In this document: in pieces, positions 1 to 11,100 of the stretch
Position numbering within the stretch: position 1 is the first letter of the stretch
Layout: every line of letters starts with the position of its first letter
IMG/VR virus record: IMGVR_UViG_3300033463_000105
Span: 3,627 to 67,626 of that record
Reading direction: 5' to 3' (one strand)
DNA: 64,000 nt
Source: a virus
The notes under the pieces: generated by a model
Seen by the model: the letters and a program-made list of their open reading frames with translations, nothing else
What the model was told of the DNA's origin: nothing
The model's database searches: none
Position numbers and translations under genes: made by a program

Positions 1-2362
1 TAATCGTGAGACCGTTGTCATCAAAGGTGTACCCCTTACCGGTGCGAACCTGATTAACACCGTTCTCATAAATATCACTAACGACGATGCTGATATTATC
101 AGCCGTCTGTTCCATCGACGTCATTCTGGAAGTAATGTTATCAAGTGACGCGTCGGTCTCATCTCTGAGAGCGCCGACCTGCTCACTTACTTGAGAAGAA
201 ATCTTGTTATCAACAATAGAGAAAATGTCCTGCGCGTTACCTTGTGCATCAGTTCCAAGAATCCTTATATTGTCGCCAATAATCATATCGCCGACAATCA
301 TCTGCGCATTAATACCGTAAGATGTATTTTCCGGATGCTCAGGGTCAAGAATCAATTCGCCGATTGCGGTCTTGCTCGTCTCCCACGCATCGTCAGTAAA
401 GACAATATTTCTGCCCGTAATCTTAATCTGACGCGGGTCATACTCTCCGGTGTCAGTAACCTCTCGGCCAGTATATCCAGAAGCATCAATGACAACTTCC
501 TGATTATCTGAGGCAAGAGCCGCGCCCATTGTCAGATCCCTCGACCTCTGTAGTGTTTCTTTTACGATGTCAAGCTCTCCAGACTTAATGGGGTAGAGGA
601 CATCTTTTACATAGTTCAGTGTGTTAGCGGACTTGCTCACATTACCCAAAACGTCTTCAAATAATGCTTTTGGGTCAAACCTATTGAACCTGTTTCCAAA
701 CGTCATGCTTAACGCGTGGTCATCATAGTTGATCGTTATATTAGAGAGAAACAGCTTTGCAATATCCTCTACGTCAAGTTCAACGCTGATAAGGCAACCC
801 GTCTCTAAATCCTCACTCCACTGTTCAAAGTCCTTTGCAAAGACAAAGTTCTCAACGTCAATACTGAACTCCTGAGTGGGCTGAGATACTTTCACAAGCT
901 GCTGTTTGGCACGATTGTACATCGTAATCATCTGCTCGAACTGCTGTGCGTAAGACATGCTGTCGGTAACAACAACATACTCATCTGTATAACTGCCCTC
1001 AAAAATGTAATTCTGAAGCTCGTCCATGTAGTTGAACTGGACATCAACGCCGCTCGTAGATGTAACGCCAACGAAATAGTTTTCCATTGACAAGGCGGAA
1101 ATGATGCTGTTCATTTTTTCCCTGTATGATTCCGTTGTGGCATGGATTGCGTCGTAGTTGCGCTGATGATTATTTATCTCTAGCTGACACTCAGCAATCC
1201 GCTCATCTATTTCATCTTTAACATCTTCAATCTGCTGGTTAATATTGATTGGTTCGCCGCCGGCATTAGAAATCGCCGTATTGTATTGAGATACATATGC
1301 TGTACCGTTACTGGCAGTGATGTTATCCTTACACCTCTGATAAAGAGTCATTTGAGTCTTATATCTTTCAATCTCAAATTGCTCAATAGACGCCTCGGAT
1401 AATTTCTCATAATATGTTTGGCTGGCCTCCTGATAGACAGGTTCTGAGTCAGATATATCTTTCTTCCACTGGATAACCTTTTCCTTGAGCTCTGGAGTCA
1501 TCCAGTCAAGATAATAGGTGAAATCATAAATAGTGTTTGTTCCTATTGGATTAACTGCGGCAATAGTAATACTGTCATCTCCGCCGGTAGCGGTGATGGC
1601 AGTATAAACATCGTCAGCAGACTCCTGAATCTCAAGAGAATCAATTACATCGTCATTGGTAATATGGATTCGCGTCTCCCTAACATAGTCATTCTGGTCA
1701 TATACATTGATGATTCTGTGAACAGGGTCAAAGAGAACAATACACTCATATGCATCCTGAATATTCTCAAGCAGAAAAGACAGGCAGTTTAAAGTAACAT
1801 CAACATCCTCGAATGTTCTCCACTTTTCTGCAACAGTACTATCAACGTGCCCAATCAACCATCCCGGTATAACCTCAACTAGTTTGTTAAGTATACCAAC
1901 GTTCTGCTGTAGCACGTCAGTCTCAAACCTGTATGTATCATCAGCAATGTATGGAATCATTTTCTGCTGTAATTCGATATCTATTGACTGTGCGCTGACA
2001 TCCTTATAGTTATTGTGCCCGTCGTATCCTTCTGTCACACTTGTAATCATGAAATATCCAATATCTTCCACAAATACAAGCCGCCTATTCAGGATGCCTT
2101 TGTAAATCCGGTCAATGTCTTTGTACATATCTATCTCGGCCTCAGTGAGCACCGCATCTTCTTTTCTGTAGTCATGCAACCTGTTTACCCTAAAATTAAG
2201 CTCGGAAACTGCATTGAAATTAAATACGATCTCTTCAGCTTCATGGTCACAAAGGACGCCGACCGTGTTAGTTAACACCCCATCTACATATTTACTACCG
2301 GGATTGCACAGCGTCATCTTAGGAGTCTCAAGTCTGTTCAATGAATCGTACCTGACTATCAT
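1..2362 (-). CDS. Phage tail protein (Tal/tail-spike-like), truncated at window edge
   Basis: Not in the ORF track because it runs off the edge. Its ATG overlaps the stop of the Dit gene (TAATG) and the N-terminus reads MIVRYDSLNRLETPKMTLCNPG...FVEDIGYFMITSV. It follows TMP-Dit. Confidence 0.7.
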   Translation of the reverse strand, partial: MIVRYDSLNRLETPKMTLCNPGSKYVDGVLTNTVGVLCDHEAEEIVFNFNAVSELNFRVNRLHDYRKEDAVLTEAEIDMYKDIDRIYKGILNRRLVFVEDIGYFMITSVTEGYDGHNNYKDVSAQSIDIELQQKMIPYIADDTYRFETDVLQQNVGILNKLVEVIPGWLIGHVDSTVAEKWRTFEDVDVTLNCLSFLLENIQDAYECIVLFDPVHRIINVYDQNDYVRETRIHITNDDVIDSLEIQESADDVYTAITATGGDDSITIAAVNPIGTNTIYDFTYYLDWMTPELKEKVIQWKKDISDSEPVYQEASQTYYEKLSEASIEQFEIERYKTQMTLYQRCKDNITASNGTAYVSQYNTAISNAGGEPININQQIEDVKDEIDERIAECQLEINNHQRNYDAIHATTESYREKMNSIISALSMENYFVGVTSTSGVDVQFNYMDELQNYIFEGSYTDEYVVVTDSMSYAQQFEQMITMYNRAKQQLVKVSQPTQEFSIDVENFVFAKDFEQWSEDLETGCLISVELDVEDIAKLFLSNITINYDDHALSMTFGNRFNRFDPKALFEDVLGNVSKSANTLNYVKDVLYPIKSGELDIVKETLQRSRDLTMGAALASDNQEVVIDASGYTGREVTDTGEYDPRQIKITGRNIVFTDDAWETSKTAIGELILDPEHPENTSYGINAQMIVGDMIIGDNIRILGTDAQGNAQDIFSIVDNKISSQVSEQVGALRDETDASLDNITSRMTSMEQTADNISIVVSDIYENGVNQVRTGKGYTFDDNGLTI

Positions 2363-4332
2363 TACAGATTCCTCCTGTTTTCTACTTCAAAGATGATTGT
2401 GTTCACCGGCCCGTTCAATGTAAATGTATTTGTTCTGAACGGTAGTATCCTCGGGAAGTGTCTGCTCCCAAGAATCTTATAATAATCACCGCTCACATAA
2501 TTTGTTTCTCCATCAAGGACTATAGTTGTACTAATCGGCATATCAGTGAGTTCCGTCTTTCTTGCAGCATTATCTGTCTGATTGATAATAAGTATCGTTC
2601 CAGAGCCCAGATTAGTCCATCCGGATGTGCCGTTAGAAGAAACCTGCCACTGGTAAGTTAAACCATCACCCTGAGCCTCAACAGACAAATCTACGGTTCC
2701 ATTAAGAACAGTATACGTTGATGTTGGCTGCGACGTAATAATCGGAGCGCCATTTGTGACAACTGTTAAAGTTGCGGCAGACGATGTGAATGTTTTATCA
2801 ATCTGAGCATCCTCGGGACTCTCGCCGGGATCTACTGATGGAATCATGTAATGAATAGTTCCAGAAACAACACATCTGAATTGCCATCCGTCATTCCCGC
2901 TTACAGCCTCAAAACCATAGATTATATTATTGTTGCCCTCACCAGTACAATTTTTCCACGTACTTCCGTTATCTTTGCTAACCTGCCATTGATATGTGAT
3001 GTCTTCACCATAAGCCTCTACAGAGAAGCTAACCCTGTCGCCAGGTTTTGCCGTGATATTCTGCGGATTAGTCCTAATAATAGATGTACCGTCCGAAGAC
3101 GTTTCACCAACAGTGTTGGCGTCCAGTGTAACAGTATTGGAGTTGACTGAGTGGTCGTTTATATCAGTTACAACACACTTAATATGGCTTACATCATACG
3201 CAGAAGTCATGTTAAATGTTACTTCCGGCAAAGTATCTCCGTTAACTCCAAGATTCTCCCATGTGCTTGAAGTACGTTTCTTCTTCATCCACTGATAGCT
3301 CAGACCGTTACCAACGGCCTCGATACTGAACGAAACAGGATATCCAATAAAGCCTATCGTATTAACTGGCTGTTTCACAACCGTAACATATGGAGAGGAT
3401 GACACATTATATCCTCTAACAAGAGCTGCGTCAGAAGTAGTACTGACCCCGTTTCTTGTTACTATGCACCTATAGTACTTATTGCTGGATGTAGCAACGG
3501 GGGAGAGCGTCCTCCCGTTTGCTCCATCAGTGAACCCGCCGGACGAGCCGGACGTAATCGTTACCCTAGGATAAATGTAGGTGTCGGAATCCGTATTTGG
3601 AGTCAGGCTGATGTTTGATGTAGCGCCAGCAGACTGATTCACAGAGTATGTATATGTAACCGGATCTTGAAGCCACCATCCGGTGTCTGCCTCAAGTGTA
3701 ACTCTATATCCGACAATGCCGCCGTTATACTCAAGCTTTGTCGGGTTGATGAATCTGCATCTTAAAAATCTGCGGTGTGCGATAACAGTGTTGCCGCTCC
3801 TGCTGAATGTGGATGTAATAGTAGGGGAGCCGGTTGCCTCAGTCATTGTCGTTCCGCTTAGAGTAACGTTAGACATATCCTCATACGCCGTACCATTCCA
3901 TCTCTTGGCAGTATATGTAGTGCCGCTAGAAAGAACGAGGTACACAACTCCAACCTCCTGGCCAGTATTAGGTCTGGAAGTAACTATCTGATATTTGTCA
4001 TACGTCCCGAAATCATAATCATCATCCGGGTCAATATATAGTTTCATGTTCTTCGCTCGGTTGAAGAGCCACCTTTCAACCTCTTCTTGTTCGAGCTTGT
4101 TAAGGGTGCGCTCATCGTCCGTCACGATATCAATGTCATATGAAACGGGGGAGGAGGTATAGTCTGTATCAATAAGGTAGTTTCTCTTGCTTCTCTTATT
4201 GAAAATGTTCACTCCAGATATCTGCCCTTGAACATTAATAAATCTGTCCGTCTCTACATTTACAAAGTGAAGACCGTGCGTCCTAGATGAGATGCCGCCG
4301 TATTCAAAATGACAACAGTAGATATCAGCCAC
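2362..4332 (-). CDS. Distal tail (Dit)-like protein with inserted Ig-like repeats
   Basis: Dit-like N-terminus (FEYGGISS...WLF) and YPRVTI motif. About three Ig-like units (QP...SVEA.G..LTYQWQ....W). Lies after the tape measure gene. Confidence 0.7.
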   Translation of the reverse strand: MADIYCCHFEYGGISSRTHGLHFVNVETDRFINVQGQISGVNIFNKRSKRNYLIDTDYTSSPVSYDIDIVTDDERTLNKLEQEEVERWLFNRAKNMKLYIDPDDDYDFGTYDKYQIVTSRPNTGQEVGVVYLVLSSGTTYTAKRWNGTAYEDMSNVTLSGTTMTEATGSPTITSTFSRSGNTVIAHRRFLRCRFINPTKLEYNGGIVGYRVTLEADTGWWLQDPVTYTYSVNQSAGATSNISLTPNTDSDTYIYPRVTITSGSSGGFTDGANGRTLSPVATSSNKYYRCIVTRNGVSTTSDAALVRGYNVSSSPYVTVVKQPVNTIGFIGYPVSFSIEAVGNGLSYQWMKKKRTSSTWENLGVNGDTLPEVTFNMTSAYDVSHIKCVVTDINDHSVNSNTVTLDANTVGETSSDGTSIIRTNPQNITAKPGDRVSFSVEAYGEDITYQWQVSKDNGSTWKNCTGEGNNNIIYGFEAVSGNDGWQFRCVVSGTIHYMIPSVDPGESPEDAQIDKTFTSSAATLTVVTNGAPIITSQPTSTYTVLNGTVDLSVEAQGDGLTYQWQVSSNGTSGWTNLGSGTILIINQTDNAARKTELTDMPISTTIVLDGETNYVSGDYYKILGSRHFPRILPFRTNTFTLNGPVNTIIFEVENRRNL

Positions 4333-4445
4333 TTGACTTTCACGCTCCTTTCTTTTGCTAAATTAGCACAGAAGTAAAATTGATTTATTTAATTGATTGG
4401 TAAGCATAGGACCTGCCGTCAATTAAGGTCACGGAGAATCACCTC

Positions 4446-5096
4446 TTACGTTACAACGAGTACCGGGTAAGCATCGGCGCTTTCTCTCGTTTCAAAATCG
4501 ATTTGCATTGTGCCCACCGCAAAGACCACCGACCATATGTCCCCAATGTCTATTTCGTTGTAGTGGCCGATAAACGCTAAATAGGACATAGAGTCATCCC
4601 CTTCGTAATCCATAAACAGAAAAACCGGGATTCCGCTATCGTATGCGGTCTTGAGTTCGTTCCACGTCTTGTTTAGACGCAACTCGTTCACGCTCACGGA
4701 GATGAAGCCGCCGCCACCGCTCGGCGCAGATGCTACCCATTCCGCTTCCGTGCTGTCGTAGGTCAGCACGTCGCCGTTACTGGGGCTATCCGGTGCGGGT
4801 ATCCCGGGCGCGGACGGATTTGCCGCCGCCCACGCTCCGTCTTCGTTAACTGTAAGGACTTTTCCAGCATCAGTCGTGCCAACTTCCGGGAGAGTGGCGT
4901 CCTTAATATTGCCAATTCTATCAGCAATCTCGGAAAGCAGTTCTTCCTGCTCGTTAATAGGAACCTGAGGCATGAGAGTTTCTATATCAACATTTCTTCC
5001 GGCAATCTTGGCAAGATAGTGTCCAATACGAGATCTGATGTTCGTGTATTTACTCATTCTGTAGACCCTCCTTATATGTTGCGGGAGAGTATACAC
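4446..5096 (-). CDS. Tail-associated hypothetical protein
   Basis: Fibre-like motifs DAGKVLTVNEDGAW and SNGDVLTYD; lies between TMP and Dit. True start may be the downstream MSKY. Confidence 0.5.
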   Translation of the reverse strand: MYTLPQHIRRVYRMSKYTNIRSRIGHYLAKIAGRNVDIETLMPQVPINEQEELLSEIADRIGNIKDATLPEVGTTDAGKVLTVNEDGAWAAANPSAPGIPAPDSPSNGDVLTYDSTEAEWVASAPSGGGGFISVSVNELRLNKTWNELKTAYDSGIPVFLFMDYEGDDSMSYLAFIGHYNEIDIGDIWSVVFAVGTMQIDFETRESADAYPVLVVT

Positions 5097-5114
5097 ATAC
5101 CCTCCCGCATATCA

Positions 5115-8100
5115 TTATTTATTAAGCCTGTTAAATTCCTTGAGAACCATCTCAATAGATTCTCTCTGCGCACGCCTGATTTCAGAAACCGTAGCTTTAT
5201 CAGCGTTGCCATTAATGATGATGTCACCAGTGGCAAGCTGAACATTGTTCTGAATATGACGGATGGCACCAAGCCCGCCGCCGCTCACAGCATTCATCAG
5301 TTTCTGAAGGATCTGCTGGCCGTTATTAGCAAAGTCGTATAAGAAGTTTGTAGCCCTGGAGGTGAGAACTTTCTCGCCGCCATTGAAGAGACGATAGCGA
5401 CTGCCATCAGAAGACTGGAAGACATACTCGTCACCGCGCTCATCGACAGAATGGATGCCCGGGATCGCGCTGCGTGTGCCAGCCGCATAGCCGACAATGT
5501 CTGTCTTCTTTACCCAGCCAAGGCCATCAATGTTATACGGGTGAGTGCCATTGAGATTGATGTACTTGATTTTGCCGCCCTTTGCGGTTCCAGACCTTCC
5601 TCCGCCGTAAGAGTTGGCATACCACTTTGTTCCTGACTTAACAGAAACAGTGGAACCTACTTCAAGGGCTGGCGCCGCTGGCGTACTCTTCTTCTCCTCG
5701 GCAGGAGTTGCCGCACTAGAAGAGCTGGAAGAACTGGATGAACTGGAAGAGCTGGACGAGCCAGCAGAGCCGGAACCACTGCCGGCAATCTTCGAGTTGT
5801 TATACGGACCGTTTTCCGGAGTGTACCCAGTAGCATTCGCAAGGTTAACACCATTGAACGTTTCGTCATAAAGCGTCTTATATTCCTCAAGAGCTTTGTA
5901 CGCTTCCTCCCACGCGTCCTTGATTGTATCTTCTATGCCGTCGCCGTATACCTCGTTCCACTTAATCATCTCGTTATAGAGGTCGATGGAACCGTTCTTG
6001 ATATCCTCAAGAGCCTGGTCGTAAAGCGCCTTGGAGTCTTTCTCTTTCTCGTCAAGTAGGTCAAGTTCATCCTGAAGCTCTTTCTCCTGCATCTCGTATA
6101 GGCGGTCAAGCTCGTCCTGCGCCACCTCAAGAGCGTGGTCTTTCTCAAAGTCGTCGAGCTCTTTCTGAGCGTCGGCGAGCTCTTGAGCGAGTTCGAGTTT
6201 GCGTTTCTGCGCCCATGCCGAGTTGTCGTACTCAAGGCGGTTAAGTTCTTCCTGAATTTTTGTTACTTCTCTACGCTTCTCCGCCTGTTCTTCGAGGTAC
6301 TTCTCCTCGTCATACTGGTCTTGCAGTAAGTCCTTCTGCTTGTCGTAAAAGTCCTTGAGCATGTCGAGCTGCTTGTCGAGTGCGTCTTTGCGGTCAGAGA
6401 TTTCCTGCTTGAGCATCTTGACGCGGATTTCAACAAGGTCATCAACGGCGTCTTTGGCATTGTCGCGAACCTCATCCTGAAGCTTCTTGAGGTTTTCAGT
6501 GTAAGAAATCCATTTCTTCTGGAGCTCCTGAATGTAGTCGTCTGTATCATTAAGACCAAGTTCTCTAGCGATAGATATCTCTTTCTCTACTTCTTGAATG
6601 AGATTGGTATATAGGTTTGCTATATTCTTCGTCTCATTATCAAAGTGACTACGAACCTCTATCTCATGCTCAATATTCTTTAAATATTCTTTAAAAGCGT
6701 CCTGCTGTTCTTTGAGGTAGTCAACTTCATCTTCTTTAGATCCGCTTCCACCACCGCCGCCAGACCCACTCTTATTTTTATTACTACTGCGGAAGTCCTC
6801 TAGATTCTTAGCACGAAGCGCTTCTAAAACCGCAATCTGCCCATCTATTGCAGACATTGCCTGCCCAATTTCGTTTATCTTATTTTGAAGCTCGCTAAGT
6901 CTTGTGGCTCCAGCTCCTTTATTTGCATAGTATCCATAATCTGTCGGATTGAAAGAGCTATTCATCCACTTAAATGCGGAACCGCCAAGCGAACCATATG
7001 TAACAGCAAATTGAGTAATTGTAGATGTCGCCCCAGATACAATGCCAGACACAGCATTCCTAACATTGTTGGCAAGTGTACCAATCGCTCTTGATGTATT
7101 ATTTGCCTGAAGTCCAACGTTCCTGATGCTGGACATCATGGCAGAAGAGTTGATTGCTACAGTATCTGCAGCAGTCTTGGCGGCATTACCAAGATTAACA
7201 GCCATATTCTTTGCAGCTTCTCTGGTGACCTCGTCAAACGACTGGGTGTCCATGCTCATTACTCTGAGGGCTTCTTCATACGCCTCAGCTATATTGCCGT
7301 CATTCTTGATTTCGTTTTCAAGCAACTGATCAGCATACTTTATTCTTCTATCTATCTCTTCCCAAGAAAGCTCAAGCTCGTTCTGCGTCTTATCATAAAC
7401 AAGCTGATATTCCGCTTTCGCAAGCTCTTGTTTTGCAGACAATCCCTCTCGCTCGGCTTGTAACTGCGCGATTTGAGAGTCGACAGTCGCGTCAAGCTGT
7501 GCCTTCTTGCCGTCGATGAATGCATTGACAACATCCTTGTTGAGTGTGATTTCTCCGTTTGCGGCGGCTGTAGCACCATCAAGAATTTCAGGATATACCT
7601 TTGCAAACTCCAGCGCCTTGTCGATCGACATTGTGAAGCTATCTGCAACCTGTTCCTGAATGTCGGCAAGAGTCTGGAATGAACTCGTAATGCCGGTGAT
7701 AGTATCGTTAAGACTGTTGAAACCATCAAGTCTCTGTGCATGATATGACTGATTGAACGCAGATTCAAAAATTGATTTATAGTTCTCAAGTCTTGATAAC
7801 TGATTTTCATACTCCTGTAAGTCGTCAATTGCTTCGGCACACATAGACGCATTTTCTTCAGAAACAAGACCTATAGAATCTGCAAGTTCATAGTGCTCGT
7901 TTTTAATCTCTGAAAGCTTTTCCTCCAATGGCCCCCAATAAGATTCGTCATACTCGCCCTGCTGAACATTGACGACCAACTTATACTCATCAGACTCCAG
8001 CAAGCCCTCAACACCGTTGTTCGTAACCAACCGTCCAATGTATTCATCGAGCGCCTCTGGGGAGAGAACGGTCCCATCCTCCATAATTGGAGTAATGTCG

Positions 8101-11100
8101 ACAACGTATTTATAGTCTCCCTCTCCGATGGTTACACCCTGCGTGTATGTTGTAGCTATCATCTGATTCTTGTCTACTGCAAATGGCGCAGTAAACATCT
8201 GCATAAATTCTTCCCAACCTGCAGACGCCATTGCATTAGATGTGACATACGGGCGTTTGTTATAGTCTACATTGCCATTGACTAAACTATTATATTCGTC
8301 CCCAAGTTGTTTGACGGTTCTGATTATTTTCTTGTATGCGGAGTCCTCATCCTCAAGGCGGTCAATCTCTTTATCTATACCGTCAATTACGCCGGATCGC
8401 TTCTGCTCAATATACTCTTTCCACGCTTCCGTGTTGAGCTTTACCAAGCCGTTTTCTTCATATAAGTAGTTGATATAATCATCGGTCGCTTCAGAAATAG
8501 ATTTGATTGTGCTTTGTGAAAGACCTCCTTCGAGCATCTCTTTTTCTGCAGTTTTTAGGAGATCTTCTGCGGATTTTATATCCTCTATACTTTTTACAAC
8601 AGTCTCTGATATTTCTTTTATCTTTTCTTCGCTAACGTATAAATGTCCTGCGGATATAGCCTCCTCAGAGTCTTTGCTAATAAGGCCATTCGTGACATTA
8701 TTTAGCTTTTCCTGCAAGTCAGTTTCTGTTTCTAGTGAACTATTGTAGTTATCTATTGACTCTTTTAGCCAATCTGTTGCACTTACTAATCTTTTATATT
8801 CTTCTGTCTCCGTCTTGTGTGCAAGGAATAACTGCTTCTTCCTAGTAAGCATCTGATCATATGCACTAGTGAGCCATTTCATTCTATCTGCAAGGTCAAC
8901 ATTATTCCATAAATCACGGTCGAGTACTTTACGCCCGCTCTCACCCATCTCTGCAAATACGTCAGGAAGATACTCTAAAACAGTCAGCTTATTTGCTGCA
9001 GTTTTATTGTCGTGATCAGACATCATGCTAGACAAAACCTGAGCCGCGGCATCTCTTGCCATTCCCGCATCAACAATTGCAGACTGTAGTTGCGTTCTAG
9101 TCATATGTAAATAACTATCGCTCAACCCTTCTGCCGCACTTTTCTCTTTCCCGAGAGCTTCTGCAAGATTCTCCGAAGCTTCCGTTAAATCCTCTTTTCC
9201 TTTTATACCGGCTTCTACTTCTGAATTGACAAGGACATACGCTTCATACGCATCATATAAACTCTGAGCCTCTTTAGCCACTTCCGACTTTTCTTGGAAT
9301 GATGTCTCAAACGCGGAACGCTCTTCTTGTTCTTTTTTGACTAATTTGCTATATGCTAGGACAACTGCTCCTATTGCCGCGGCAAGACCGAGAAACGCCA
9401 CCTTTGACCAGTTGACACTTATTTCAAGTAGTTCAAATGCCCCTGAGAGCCTTGTCACACCTGTTGCTGTATTCTTTGTTAATTGCAACGCAGCCCTCAT
9501 ATCAGCAATGAACTGTAGAGCCCTTAGTTTCTTGATTGCGCTTATGATGCTTTCAATCTTCATTGTGGCCACTATAGTTCCAATACTGAACAGTATTGTT
9601 TTAAGCCCGCCTAGTTTCGATATTAGCTTACCTACTCCGTTTAATATTTTCAGCAATCCAGCGCCAATACTAACTACCCATTTGATAAAGTCTGACCCTA
9701 TTATATTTTGAGCCAGTTCGCTAAAAGCTACTTTAAGCTGATTAAGTCTTGCTTGAATCGTGTCCATATAGATGCTGTTTGCTTTCGTCGCAACACCTGC
9801 AGAGTCCATTGCCGTCGCGTATGCATCAGCCGCATCAGACCAGTTATTAATGATAGAAGAAATGACCTGGAGCTGTCTAGTACCACCAAGGATTTCTGAT
9901 ACTCGCGCCTGCTGAGTATCAGACAATTTATCCCATACTTTAGAAATACCATTAAAGATATCATATATATCCTTAAACTGATCGGTGGTTCCCTCTACCA
10001 TAATATTAAACCCTGTAAGGGCCTTTATTTCTTTCGCGTACTTCGAGAACCCGTCCGCCAAATCCTCTGCATCTTCCCCGAGTTCCTCCATATCTGTCTT
10101 GGACCCGCGGATTCTAGCGGATACCGTCTTCAAGGCCGTACCAACAACCGAGGAGTTCTGCACTGCGGCGTTAGCCGCCGCAATTAAGCCGGCAGATTTT
10201 TCAAAAGATGTATTCGTTGCCGCAAGAGCAGCGCCTGACTTTTCGTACGCCTCCATCATTTCTGATGCAGATACGGCGTATTTCTGACCGACATTTACAA
10301 GAACATCAGAAATATGTTCTGCATCCTCAACATTCAAGCTATAGCCCTTGATAATAGCCGTCAGACCAGTTGTTGCCTCCTCGTTGCTTACAGCCGCAAC
10401 ATTAGCCAATATTGTTGCAAACTCTGCAAGCTTAGAAGCGTCAGGAAGACTATATCCAAGTCTAGAGAATGTCTCTATAGACTTAGTTACATCTGCAACA
10501 GACTGACCGAGGTTTTTAGAGATTTCAAATGCAGTGTCTGCAAATTTTTGCATCTCTGTGTCTGTTGCGTTTGTAATAATTTTCAGCTGGGCAAACGCAC
10601 TATCAAGCTCTTTAACGGACGTTACCATCTGTTTGATGCCGCGTATAATCGTCATGATAATACGCATCGAGCTAAACCAATACGAGAACTTCTTGGCGAG
10701 AGCTCCGATACGCTGAGCCATGCTCATACCGACGTCGCCGTTCCTGCGCATGATGTTCATTTGCTCAAGGAATGTTGCGTTAGATTGTTTTACTGTCTTG
10801 TCCAAATCAGCATATGTTGCTTCATTTCTTTGAACGGCTGCGTGGTTCTGCTCTAGGGACGCCTTCTCCTGTTCGAGCGTAGCATATGCCTGTCTGCTAG
10901 ACTCGTTGTTGCTATTCTTTGCTTTTGTATTTCGTATTAATGCAGACTCTATTTTGCCAAGAGTTTTCTGGTAGTTCATTTCAATACGGGCTACGTCGTT
11001 TTGCCTTTCATATAACATCCTCTGATTTTCTGCAAATACTTCCTGAGCCCTCTTTACACGATTAAGACCAGACTCCTCCTGTCTGTATAGTTGTTCTCTC

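Noticed and set aside
5715-5790. Short tandem repeat
   Set aside because: It encodes the poly-Ser linker of the tape measure protein.
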